A stretch of DNA of 64,000 bases, taken from assembly GCA_965112155.1 (NCBI GenBank), contig OZ218099.1, one strand, 5' to 3'. This document shows, piece after piece, positions 11,864-23,924 of the stretch. The notes under the pieces were generated by a model. The model was given only the letters and a program-made list of their open reading frames with translations, was not told the DNA's origin and searched no databases. Position numbers and translations under genes: made by a program. Position 1 is the stretch's first letter, and the number at the start of each line of letters is the position of its first letter. Source of the DNA: Podarcis liolepis. Lineage: Eukaryota.

Positions 11864-12745
11864 ATTCCTACCAAACGTGTGCCACAGCACACATGCTCAA
11901 GCTATACTGTCAGCAGTCTAGCACTTCCAATTCCTCCTCCAGCGTGGGTACCACTCGCTGCCTCTTGGGTTTGTCATCACCTGAGGAAGTTAAAGAGGCT
12001 GTGCATTTAGGTGCCATCTCAAAGAACGACTCAAAAAACACCTCCAAAACCTCCAAACTCCAGCACAATTCCTCTCTCTCAAACTCCTCTTTCAAATTCC
12101 AACTCTCCACAGGTCTCAACGGTTGGTGCAAGGCCTCTTGGGATTGCAATTGTGAAGGCCTGTGGGATTGCAAAGTTCTGTTTTTGCGCGTTTTCTGACA
12201 GCTTTACGCCTCTTCTGGGGCTGTTTTAGCGATTCTTAATTCACTTCCAGGTTCGGCACAATGCGTATACACACAGTTGCGTACATACTGAATGCATAAA
12301 TGGGGGGGGGGTGTCTGTATATTGGAAATTAATAAAACTATATTTTTATTTTTATTTTAAAAAGATCTATGCATGGTGGTGGTTAGGAAGAACAGATGCT
12401 GCTGCTCTTGTGTTTTTGTTTCTGTGTGCAAGCATACTGTTGTCTTCTTTTAACCTTGCCTTACATATGTGTGAAAACACTCATAAAATTAACTCAGCTG
12501 TGCATTTGAAAATGACAGTTCCGATTTCTGCCAAAGCAAAAATGTGTCTTCCACCCCCCCACCCCCGCTCCAATGGAAATTTTGTTTTTATTTAATTTTG
12601 TCTTCTGGTACAGGCAAACTAGGTATGTCAGAAGTTCTCCCTTCTCCAGATCAAATTCAGAAGTCATCTAATGCGGGTTGAGATACACAGAAGAAAAACA
12701 GACATCAATTTAAGATGCCAAGGTGAGAATTTTGTGGATTTAAAG

Positions 12746-12881
12746 CAGGCATAGGCAAACTCGGCCCTCCAGCTGTTTTTGGCCTGCAACTCCCATGATC
12801 CCTAGCTAACAGGACCAGTGGTCAGGGATGATGGGAATTGTAGTCTCAAAACATTTGGAGGGCCAAGTTTGCCTATGCCTG
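12746..12881. mobile_element. hAT MITE
   Basis: TIR CAGGCATAGGCAAACT; perfect 8-bp TSD ATTTAAAG. Confidence 0.9.
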
Positions 12882-13484
12882 ATTTAAAGGGATATCACTG
12901 GAGGTTTGGAGTGACAGAAAGAATAACTATCAGGGTATTTATACTAAACCAGAAATACCTGGGCTGAAGGACCCCATCGTGCCAGCGTCTCCCCACCACC
13001 TCCTTCAGAATTGATGACTGATATAGCAAGCTGGGCTCCTTTTAAACAAGGAGGCTTAGCTCAAGGAAAGCCGAGCTAGCTACTCAGAAGGAGGTGCAAC
13101 TTCTGGTTAAGGCTCAGTGTGAGGATGATTATGCCTGAAGCAAAATTTGAGATCTGCTCTTGTGGTGGAGGCCTGAACTCTGCTCTGCATGAAGCTGTCA
13201 AGAGTGCCAATGATGCCCCTCGCCTCACCCAAACCTGAACCCTCATCTACTGAGACTATTGGGGAAATAAGTAGGTGAATAATGTTTTGGCAGCTGGGTC
13301 TGCTCTAGAGACAGTTGTACTTCAGTTGTGTGGAATCTAGGGACCTTCAGAGTGCTATCCTGAACACTTGCTTCTGAACATGCCCCTTGAACACAGAGAG
13401 TTTTCTTCAAGGAAGCATTCATAGAAGGAGCGAACTTGTTAGTTGTGTGACCAACCTACCCGTTGATTTCAATATGGCTTAAGT

Positions 13485-13652
13485 ACTGTATTTTTCTGTG
13501 TATAAGATGCCCCCATATATAAGACAACCCCTATTTTTGAGCCCAAAATTAAGAAATAAATATTTTAAACATTCCGTGTATAAGACGAGCCACAATTTTA
13601 AACTTTAAAAAAACTAGGGGAAAGTATAGTCTTATACACGGAAAAATACAGC
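13485..13652. mobile_element. Mariner/Tc2-like MITE (approx.; relatives near 2801-2890 and 14585-14853)
   Basis: TIR CTGTATTTTTCTGTGTATAAGA / TCTTATACACGGAAAAATACAG. Confidence 0.7.
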
Positions 13653-14023
13653 ATGCCTTAACTTTTTTCTGGGGTTGGACTTCAGTGTCCAAAGAGTACT
13701 CATACTTCTTTCTACCTTGCAAAGACTGTTGAAGCAGGCTTGCTGTAGAATTGTCTGAAAACTGGAGTCTGTTAATGAATTTGGGATTCTGCTTCCCATA
13801 GATGTGGGGCTGGATTTCCCTGGAAGCTTTAGCAAAATTCTGGTGGGTTCCAGCAACTTCCCCTCCATGTTGTCAGAGTTTTCCACCGTCATCAAGTCAG
13901 GCCATCACCTAGAGGCTTGGTATAGGCCGAGGCCCACTCCATATAAATATTATGTGTGCTGCTATTGCCTCTGGGTTTTCCTCCCTCTCATCTTTATTTA
14001 TAATTTCCTCTTTTTTTTTGCAG

Positions 14024-14154
14024 ATGGTGCATATGTTTCTGATGATGTGAAATTCTTACATCGCCTGTGAAGAAAGCACGAACGGAGTTATAAGAGCATA
14101 CTTTTAGCTAACTTGCTAGCATCCATGAGACATTTCCTAGTGGAACATTTCTGA
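14024..14154 (+). promoter_or_regulatory. Two upstream ORFs in the ARSG 5' UTR
   Basis: 14024-14050 MVHMFLMM* (four in-frame AUGs). 14125-14154 MRHFLVEHF*, which stops 4 nt before the main ATG. Confidence 0.6.
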
Positions 14155-14158
14155 TACA

Positions 14159-14388
14159 ATGGAAGTTCTGCTTCTGAAGGGGCTATTCTTGGTGCTGGCC
14201 AGCTGCTTCCTGGGACTCTTCTACTATCAACACCCACTTGTCTCTGCGAGTGGGGAAAGATCAGGCTACAAAAAACCCAATTTCATAATAATTTTAGCAG
14301 ATGATATTGGATGGGGAGATCTTGGGGCCAACTGGAACCTGAGAAAAGACACGCCTCACTTGGATAAGATAGCAATGGAAGGCATGCG
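14159..14388 (+). CDS. ARSG: Arylsulfatase G, coding exon 1 (exon starts at 14024 with 5' UTR)
   Basis: Acceptor TTTTTTTTTGCAG ends at 14023. ATG at 14159 in strong Kozak context (ACAATGG). Hydrophobic signal peptide [19 protein letters not shown], then sulfatase N-terminal motif [17 protein letters not shown] and [13 protein letters not shown]. Donor CG|GTAAGG at 14389. Confidence 0.96.
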
Positions 14389-15065
14389 GTAAGGTTCAAA
14401 CCAACGCTTAGCATCCACTATTGTTGCTGTTCGTAAAAAGGGTGGAAGCTACCGTAGGCACTGCACAAAGATTAAAAAGTCATGCAGACCCTGTCCTCAG
14501 ACCTGCACTTTTAAAAATGTGATGGAAAAGGGATGGTGAGGGAAGAGGACAACAAGCCAATTCAGATATCAACACAATCAAATTGCCATATTTTTCGTGT
14601 ATAAGATGCCACCATGTATAAGACAACCCCTATTTTTTTAACCCAAAATTAAGAAATCCTGCTAGAACCCAAACCCGAGCCTGGACTGCCCATGCCAGAG
14701 CTTGAACCCAAGCCCAGGCTACTCACACCAGAACCCAAGCCCGCGCCGCCCACACCAGAGCCCCAACCCCTGTGCATTGACCATCTGTGTATAAGACAAC
14801 CCCCAATTTTTGACCTTTTGTTTTTGCAAAAAAACATCGTGGAAATATACGGTACATAAAGTAAAACGGAGCAACCAGTTTTGGTGGGACAGGCTGTGCT
14901 GTTCACTATTAACATTTCTGTTTATTTCCGTGAGGCCAGCCAGCATAATCACTATCATTTTCCAGTCCATCTGTACGGTGGATGACTTTCAACATTGTAT
15001 TAGCTTCCCCAGCCTCCCCAGAACCCTTGGTTATCAATGCTGTTGTCTATGTAAACTCGCAGTCT

Positions 15066-15260
15066 ATATGGCATCGTGGTTTGAGTGTCAGACTAGGATT
15101 TGGGAGAGCAGAGTTCAAATCCCCTCTCAGCCATGAAGCTCAGCGAGTGACCTTGGGCTCAGTCACTGCCTCTCAGCCTAACCTACCTCACGGGGTTGTT
15201 GTGGGGATTAAATGACAAGGGGGAAGAACCATGTATACCATCTTGAGCTTCTTGGAGGAA
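15066..15260 (+). mobile_element. MIR-like/CORE SINE (approx.)
   Basis: GTTCAAATCCC box, GTGACCTTGGG and CCTACCTCAC.GGGTTGTTGTG core. Confidence 0.7.
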
Positions 15261-15839
15261 TGTCCTTGTGATATTAACGCTAATCACAGAAAGCTTTCCA
15301 AAACCCAGAGAACCCACTTTTCATTTCTACCTTTCCCTGTCACGTTTTCAAAATGTGCCTCTGTAACCTCAGGGCCTGTAAAACAAAGATTAGTTCAAAG
15401 ATTCTCCCTGATAATGAAAGGTTGCGTCTTCTTCGGGATGGGCAAAGTTCATAAAAACTTCCTCAACAGACGTCAGCGCTGACTTATAAAACCTGCCCAG
15501 GCAAATTGTCAGTCCAGGGAGCTAAGATAACAACAGTGATTAGAACCTCTGTTTGCTGTTCCGTTTTTATACCACGGCATCCATCTTGGAGGTGATTGAT
15601 TCACACCACTCTTGTTTCTGTTTGGGTTTTTAAAACGCCACACCAGCTGATAAATTCTTGCCTCAGAGCTGAACGTGAACACAACACAAAATCTTCAGGT
15701 GTTGCCAAAGACTTGACTGCCCATGAGTTGATTCTAGCCTCCAGGAACATCAGGCCTATGTTTTTTTGATCCTTTTAGACTCCTCAGGCCTCTAACACTG
15801 TCAAATTCTTCAAAAGCTGGTATCAATTGCCCCTTAGCT

Positions 15840-16069
15840 CAGGGGTAGGCAACCTAAGGCCTGTGAACCGGATGCGGCCCAATTGCCTTCTCAATCTGGC
15901 CCGCGGACGGTCCAGGAATCAGCGTGTTTTTACATAAGTAGAATGTGTCCTTTTATTTAAAATGCATCTCTGGGTTATTTGTGGGGCTTAGGAATTTGTT
16001 CATTTTGCCCCCCACATGGTCTGAGGGACGGTGGACCGGCCCACGGCTGAAAAAGGTTGCTGACCCCTG
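15840..16069. mobile_element. hAT MITE
   Basis: CAGGGGT...ACCCCTG ends; perfect 8-bp TSD CCTTAGCT. Confidence 0.9.
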
Positions 16070-16608
16070 CCTTAGCTGTATTAAAAGCCACATCTCCAAT
16101 CTTAAACCCCCATGACATGTATGCTGGTTTTTGGACAGTGCGCATCTCAGTCCATAGTTAAGAGCATGATGCTCCGAAAGAAAAGCAACTACATTTTGAT
16201 CCAGCCTGCTTAGGGAATGATGTTCCTGGGAGAGGTTAGATAACTCCAGCCTGGCTGGAGATGTCAGAGCGTTGGGACAATTTTATAGATCTCTCCTTTT
16301 GTGATAGCATCAGCATTCGTATCATCAACGAATTCTGTTTGCTCTCTAGTGTCCTCCCTGCCAAGTTAGTAGTTTTGCTAATTCTGTGGGCACAAATACT
16401 TTCATGCGTGTGTAACAACTGCTAGACCTTTTCCTTACCTATAGAGGACACCCAAGATGGGGTTGGGAGCTGAGCTTGTTGCTTCTAGGCAGTCAGAAAT
16501 GGCTTTATTTTCCCCACAATGTAACCATGGCAAAGGATGTGGGGATAAAGATCAGACTTCTTAGCAATGGACTTGGAGGCGCAGAGACCTGAACCTCTAA
16601 CCAGAGTA

Positions 16609-17098
16609 AAAATAAAAAAATTCCTTCCAGTAGCACCTTAAAGACCAACTAAGTTAGTTCTTGGTATAAGCTTTCGTGTGCATGCACACTTCTTCAGATA
16701 CACTGAAACAGAAGTTGCCAGATCCTTCTATATAGTGAGAAGGTGGGGAGGGGTATTACTCAGAAGGGTGGTGGGAATGGGTGATTGGCAGATAGCTGAG
16801 ATGAGCCTGTTGACGACTCTTAACGACTGCAATAGGTCTTACAGGAAAAGGCAAGGGGTGAGAAGGTGAAAAATGGCTTAGTCATGTATAATGAGATAAG
16901 AATCCAATGTCTTTGTTCAGACCAGGTCTCTCCATGGTTTTAAGTTTGGTAATGAGTTGCAATTCAGCAGCTTCTCTTTCCAGTCTATTTCTGAAATTCC
17001 TTTGTAGTAAAACAGCTACTTTGAGATCTTGTATAGAATGTCCTGGGAGATTGAAGTGTTCTCCTACTGGTTTCTCTGTTTTGGCTACCTATCTGTAA
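16609..17098 (-). mobile_element. 5'-truncated Penelope-like retroelement, family A
   Basis: Minus-strand frame 17082-16882 KTEKPVGEHFNLPGHSIQDLKVAVL...EREAAELQLITKLKTMERPGLNKD...* matches a GIY-YIG endonuclease C-terminus. Followed by a pLTR with hammerhead core. 14-bp TSD CTCTAACCAGAGTA at 16595-16608 and 17099-17112. Confidence 0.9.
16664..16701 (-). ncRNA. Minimal hammerhead ribozyme motif (PLE-associated)
   Basis: GUAU-CUGAAGA-A-GUGUGCAUGCACAC-GAAA-GC-UU-AUAC: core, stem II and a 4-bp stem I are present. Confidence 0.75.
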
Positions 17099-17392
17099 CT
17101 CTAACCAGAGTAGCCAGGGAGAGAGGCATTGCTTTCCACCAGAAAGAACACTTTTACTAGCATTTGCTGTGTCACAAATGGATCTGAGAGTTCAAAGTGT
17201 TTTATAAAGAGGAAAGCGGACCAAGAAGGGGGTGGGGACGCACAGAGATTAGGATTGGAGTGTCGTTGAGGCCACCATTAAGAAAACCTGCATTAAACTT
17301 GACTCGATCAGAGTGAATTCTTTCAAGAAAAAGGAAGCACAATAAATGGTAAATAATAGTTGGAACCTCTCTTCTTTTTTTGCCTCCTCTAG

Positions 17393-17580
17393 ATTTATTG
17401 ATTTCCATTCAGCAGCATCCACCTGTTCCCCATCACGAGCTTCTCTGCTTACAGGCCGCCTTGGCCTTCGCAATGGAGTGACCCACAATTTTGCTGTCAC
17501 CTCGGTGGCCGGCCTCCCGTTGAACGAGACAACCTTGGGAGATGTTCTGAAGGAAGCTGGCTACCTCACTGCTGCGATAG
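17393..17580 (+). CDS. ARSG: ARSG coding exon 2 with active-site CSPSR motif
   Basis: TAG acceptor, 188 bp, [63 protein letters not shown]. CxPxR formylglycine motif at 17424-17438. Donor GTAATT. Confidence 0.97.
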
Positions 17581-19109
17581 GTAATTTAACTGACCTCCAA
17601 TAGAAAATTAACCTGGTTTTGTATAAAGGGTTGTTGTTTTTATACGTATCTACATATCTGTGTATCTATACCTATATTTCTGCTAAATTATATTATAAAT
17701 AGCACAACTCTGCATATTTCCCCATGCTTTTTGAGTGTTCAAAGTCCTTCCCACAAATCATCTCTGTACAAAAATCCTGTAAAGAGATTAGCAGAAGTAC
17801 ATCCATAATGTAGATGTGAGACTCAGGCAGAGAAGAGAGAGAGAGAGAGAGAGTTGTCCAAAGCTACCTCTGAAGTTCATGGCAGCGGTGAGATGTGAAC
17901 CAGGGATTTCCTTGCTCACAGTCTGTTGGCCACATCAATTCCACATTCGGCTGATACTAAACACCATTGGCATAGTATCTTGCATTGTCAATAAAAGCAG
18001 CATTTCTGGTTACATTGTTAGGGTTCACCATGGGCGAAATTGTGATCTTCAGAGGCTGTTCTTTGGGTTCCCCCACCTTTTGCCAGAAAGAGGGCCTTTT
18101 CTGCGGGGACACCCAACCTATGGAACTATCTAAAAACGTTTGCTTGTTAAAAATGTTTGCCTGGTAAATCTCTATTGCCTTTTGAGCATGTCAGCCAAAC
18201 CCCATCTGTTCTCTATTTTAATGGGTATTTTAAAAGCCACATAATGGGCTTTATTTAAAGTAGCGCAAAGTAGTTTATTGCGTGGGTGGAACAATTTAGA
18301 CTTGCACAATGGGACTCCCCACGCCCTGAATCTGGGTGTCCCCCCCAATCCTTCAGAGCAGATTTTGGGGGTCAGCACACATGGGGGGAAAGACATGGGA
18401 AAGTCCTGTTGCCCATGTGCAAGACATTTGGCTCACACATTTATTTAGTTGAATACCACACAATGCTGTTTTTTCTGCTTTTAATCTTTGTGTTTTATTG
18501 CTGGTTTGAGGGTAGTTTTTTTTTACTTCTTTTACGTTGCATTTGTTTTGATGATTATGGTAATCTGCAGTGAGGCCCTTTGCAAGAGAAGGTGAAATAT
18601 AAAATCCACGAACAAATAATGGCATGTGAATTTCAGGCACCCCTTGCGTGAGACTATGGGGGAGCATCTGGGATGCTGCTGCTATCATATTAATCATGCA
18701 TCACTGGTGGAAGAGAAACATACCTTTTGCTTTCCACTCTTCCGTGAAAGGGAGGCATAATAATCACAGATCTGGGTCATACACTGGCAACTGAATGTGC
18801 AGGAAATTCTCCTCTACTTCACGAATGATGGCTGGGAATTTCCTGACTAGGTCCTTGTGTCCTCTCCCTTGAGGGATGCTATTAATTGGCCAGAAAGAAA
18901 TAGCTTTTAAGAGCTCGCTATGTCTGCATCTTGGTGTTCATAGAAGGGGCTACCTGAAGGCTCCTCGAGTTTGATGGCCTAATCCCACTGGTCACCTCTT
19001 TGCACAGCCCTGTTTACCACATCTCAGATAAAAAGCATTAAGTACTCTCTCTAGTCACTGGTACATATGAGTTGCTAATATTGTTCTTCTGGCAATTGCT
19101 TCCTTGCAG

Positions 19110-19157
19110 GGAAATGGCACTTGGGACACAATGGCCTTTATCATCCCAACTTTCGTG
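19110..19157 (+). CDS. ARSG: ARSG coding exon 3
   Basis: CAG acceptor, 48 bp, GKWHLGHNGLYHPNFRG (sulfatase GKWHLG motif), donor GTAAGT; phases match neighbouring exons. Confidence 0.95.
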
Positions 19158-19327
19158 GTAAGTGTTCCCCCCTACCCCATCTTGAAATCCGAACGTCCAC
19201 TGCAGATTTAGGCCTGGTTCTTGCTCAAGACTTGAAACTTTAGATGTGAGCTCACATGCTTGGGTGTTTCTTTGTACCAGTGCATGCCCTCAGTGTCAAG
19301 CCCTCCTAAATTATTATTAAATTTCAT

Positions 19328-19636
19328 CCAGCCCGGACACTGAGGTCCCTTGCTGAGGGCCTTCTGGCGGTTCCCTCACTGCGAGAAGTGAGGTTACAGG
19401 GAACCAGGCAGAGGGCCTTCTCGGTAGTGGTGCCCGCCCTGTGGAATGCCCTCCCACCAGATGTCAAGGCAATAAACAACTATTTTACTTTTTAAAGACA
19501 ACTGAAGGCGGCCCTGTTTAGGGAAGTTTTTAATGTCTGACGCTGTATTGTTTTTAATATTTGGTTGGAAGCCGCCCAGAGTGGCTGGGGAAACCCAGCC
19601 AGATGGGCGGGGTATAAATAATAAAGTATTATTATA
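19328..19636 (+). mobile_element. L2 LINE 3' end (approx.)
   Basis: RAFSVVVPALWNALP-type end and CCGCCCAGAGTGGCTGGGG...GGGCGGGGTATAAAT tail. Confidence 0.8.
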
Positions 19637-20190
19637 TAACGTGTCAAGATGAAAACTCTCTTCTTGAAATGCTAGTTTTCTATGGCTAGGGCGAGGTTTT
19701 GTATAGAGAAGCATTTGATTAGGTCAGCCCCTGCCCTTAAATCATTACTCAGATTTACTGCCTCAGTAAGAACAAACCCTTGGAGTCTAATCTCCCAATC
19801 ACAGTGAAGACATCAAGACTAGGTTGCATGATCCCTTCCTGGAGCAAACTCCCTTCTCTGTACTGATGCTATCTGCAGTTAAGGCTTAATAGGCCCCTTC
19901 CTTCTTTTTAAATTCCTTTTTCTTTTCGCTCCAGAGCTTTCCCTGTGAAAACCTGCTCTTTAAAGCTCAGTCGGAGCAAACGCCAAACACGGAAAACACG
20001 AATTGATGTTTGTTCCGATTCAACTTTAAAGAGCGGATTTTTCCGGGGGAAGTTCAGATATTTGCCTGCATAGGTTGAATTGTCAGCAGTGGAACTTGGG
20101 ACAGCTGTTTTGCTGGTCGCAACACTTCTTATAACTGCAGTGGTTGCAGATGGACTTTATACAACCAACAGTATAAACCTGTTTCCTTAG

Positions 20191-20418
<228 letters not shown>

Positions 20419-21866
20419 TAGGAGCCAGATTCTGCTGGGAAATTCACAACTGGGGCATGACAGAGAGCCATCCCCTCTTGTTTGTCCCCCATGTTAGGTA
20501 ATCAGAGGTGCCTGCCAAAGGCTCTTGTAAATCTGCCTTTTGTGTATGGACAGGGTCATTTTGGCCAAATCATGTCATGAAATTCTACTCAGTATTGATC
20601 TGGAGCAGCACTCCAACGTATAGTTAGCAGAGTAAAAACTTATACACGTTGCAGGATTCTCAGAGGCAGTTGTATTTCATCCAGCAGAGCTTTACTGCTG
20701 CTGAAGGCAAATGAGCATAATGGTCGCAAATCCAATGCATTCAGGATTGGCCCTGTCCATAAGAAATCCAGTTGCGGCAGACTTAACTTAAACGTACAAT
20801 AACTTATAATACTAAACTTTAACACTAAGCACGCAGAACACTGCACCAGAACAAAGAGGTAGAAAAAGAAAGTGAAAACCAGGCTTCTTCTGGACTATTA
20901 TTATAGACTCAAAACAAATACAATACCTTGTTACGCAGATGCAATAGTTGCAACATATAGAGCACAACCGGCTGAATGATAATGTTTGAAACAAATTTCT
21001 TTACTGGTTACATCCTAACATGTGAATCAAGTCTAGGATGTACACCATATACGATCCTTAAGGTATATAACCTATTTAATTAAATCCAACGCAGATATAT
21101 TTCTTCCTTCTTAATACATTCTTGTGTTATACAGTCCTTGAATGATTAAGGAAAGGTCCCCGGAATGTCATGTTGTAACTATTACCATAGACAGCATAAC
21201 CTTGTCAGAAAGAGGTAACAGAACCAGTTTAAAACCAGCTGTACTCAGCTTCTCTGAAGGACTAACCCAAACATCAGGAACCTTCTGCTTGTTTCTTTCA
21301 AACAGAGAAGCTTGCAGAACCTTCTTGAATTAATTAGAATAGGAAATAGCTCTACACATCAGATCTAAGTACTAAGAAATGCAAACTGACATGTAAGAAC
21401 CCACATTGGAAGAATGAGTTTGCTGTCGGATATGTAAGCAGCTTTCCCCAAGCTGGTGACCGCCACATGTTTTGATAGTCTACAACTCCCATCATCCCTG
21501 ACCATTGGCCATGATGAGTGGGGCTGATGGGAGTTGTAGTCCTACGAGGTTTGCAGAGCACCATCTAAGGCAGCAACCTTCACCACATCATGTGACAGTG
21601 ATTTTCATATATTAATTATTTGCTGAGTGAACAAGTACTTCCTTTTTCCTGCCCTGAATTTTCTGCCATTAAGCTTTGTTGAATGACCCTGAGTTCTAGT
21701 AGTATCTGTGGGTGGGTGGGTGAGAGAGAGAATTCTCTTTATTTACTCTTCCCCCTCTGTTCATAATTTTATAAACCTCTGTTTCATAATAGATATCAAA
21801 GAAAGAAAAACTAGATTTTAAAAATAGATTCTCTTGTACCCTATCATTGCTTAACCACACCTTTCC

Positions 21867-21911
<45 letters not shown>
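21867..21911 (+). repeat. (AAT)15 microsatellite inside an ARSG splice-acceptor region
   Basis: Perfect repeat flanked on both sides by CTTTCC; ends 14 nt before the exon at 21926. Confidence 0.95.
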
Positions 21912-21925
21912 CTTTCCCCACCCAG

Positions 21926-22063
21926 GAAACATCAGAAAGACTGTTATCCTGAAATAGCACTACCTCTTTTTGAAAACCTCACAATTGTCCAACAGCCCGT
22001 GGACCTAACCAGCCTGGCTGCCAAATACACAGAGAAGGCGATTCAGTTCATTCAGTATGCAAG
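21926..22063 (+). CDS. ARSG: ARSG coding exon 5
   Basis: CAG acceptor, 138 bp, [45 protein letters not shown], donor GTGAGG. Confidence 0.94.
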
Positions 22064-23364
22064 GTGAGGACATCTCAGTAGTCAATTATCTTATTTGGAT
22101 GTAACACTAAATTATGACTTAGCTTCATTACATGAATGGGCCTGCCTAACCCTAAGGCTTGCACACTTTCTTCTCCTCATGCAGTACAGCAGTGAGGAGG
22201 AGATTGGGAGCTTTTGCTAACTGCAGTTTTGCATTATGCCTCATTATGACTGACTGAAACAAGCCTTCCAGCCACGGTTAATGCTGTCTAATTTCACTAA
22301 CTTAACAACTCTGTAGTTTACCAAAAAACCATTAGCAGTAATGTATGACATTTCAACAATTTCTAATTCATGAAATCTTAATTAATATATACAATGCGAA
22401 AATAATAATGACATGCGCAACTCAAAGCCAAACAGCCCAAATATTCCTGAAATATGTCCATGAGAACAACTTTCTATTTGTGTACTTGTGCTGTTGCAAT
22501 CCCAACAGAGCTCTGACAACAAGGTACCCGGATTTCAGTCTCTGTTTCGTGAATCTTCTTCTGTTCATGATTTCACAAAGTTTGTGAAATTGATCATGCA
22601 TTATTATTTGTTTGCAAGGAGGTTATGTAATGTTGTGTTACTGTCCCACAGTTTCTAGTGCTTTTTCTGGATACTTTCCTTACTACGAAAAGACTGGTCC
22701 TGCCCCACTCTACCACCAGCAGGTTGGTTGCACATGAGTGCCAAATCTACTTTAATTGTCAAACCTGAATTTGCCAGTAGATAATTGAATCCTGCCCGCA
22801 AAGCAGCAAAAGTCTAGAAGTGTTTGTTCCTCCTCGTTTACTGTTGTGTTTTGAAGTGGACAGGATCTTAATTTTGGGAACACTGTATCTTTCTATCTTT
22901 AGTTCCTGAATAATAAATTTACCTTAAAAGAGATTCAGCAGTCTGTGGAGTCTGGTTCCTGCTTACAGGAGGGTGATAATTAAGTTTTACTGAGAAGCAC
23001 AAGGGTTTGCTTATTTTTTTTCTGCAACAATTAGGATCAGGATGTTAATTATTCCTAACAGATCACATCTGAGATAGGAGCTTATATCAGGGTCATAGAT
23101 AATTCATAATATTTTATATTAACCTTACGGCAGCCGCAGTGATGCCATCATCCATAGAAATAAACCATGCAAGAAGTACAGATTACAGGATATGTTCCAC
23201 AATTAATTACAGTATGATAATGTGAGATAAGTCAAGAACAATATAGGGTATATAAAACACTAATAGATGGGCTTTTTAAAGTTCATTGTTGACAAGAAGA
23301 ATAAAACAAAGCCCTTGTATCCACTAAGTATGGCCAAGTATTACACAATGATCTATAAGTACTA

Positions 23365-23690
23365 GGGAAAGGGAAAGGACCCCTGGACGTTAAGTCAAGT
23401 CAAAAGCGACTATGGGGTTGCGGGGCTCATCTCACTTTCAGGCCAAGGGAGTCGACATTTGTCCACAGACGGTTTTCCGGGTCATGTGGCCAGTATGACT
23501 AAACCACTTCTGGCGCAATGGAACACTTTGACAGAAGCCAGAGCGCACAGAAACACTGTTTACCTTCCCACCACAGCGGTACCTATTTATCTACTCGCAC
23601 TGGCATGCTTTCGAACTGCTAGGTTGGCAGGAGCTGGGACAGAGCAACGGGAGCTTACCCCATCATGGGGATTCGAACTGCCGACCTTCC
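23365..23690 (-). mobile_element. Sauria SINE (approx.)
   Basis: Reverse complement of the 38164/41231 family. Confidence 0.8.
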
Positions 23691-23924
23691 CATCACCACC
23701 TGCGTCCCTCTGTAAGCACTAACCCATAATTCACCAGTTGAACAATCGGCTGGAACAGTAAAGGAGGACTAATATAATTGCCTTACTGTGCATGTTAAAT
23801 GCTGGCTTCTGCTTATTTTTTCACTATTCCTTTAATTCTGTAGAATTAAGCACCTCTGATTGACTTCCGTTAATTATCACTTTGGGCAAATAGCCCAGTC
23901 CTTATCTCTCAATAGTGTCTTGTA

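Larger units (their letters stand above)
10492..12317 (-). mobile_element. Internally deleted Tigger/pogo-like DNA transposon (pseudogenised transposase)
   Basis: TA-flanked degenerate TIRs. Minus-strand remnants MAPK...KPKRQRVVPTLEEELEVLD (psq-type HTH) and NESSICAVK...EALNQ*LEDMNRQHIP...F*ASSGWLTHFKQCFGLKN (CENP-B HTH), joined directly to C-terminal RQKRQLPIIMFLRK. No DDE domain; in-frame stops. Confidence 0.85.
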
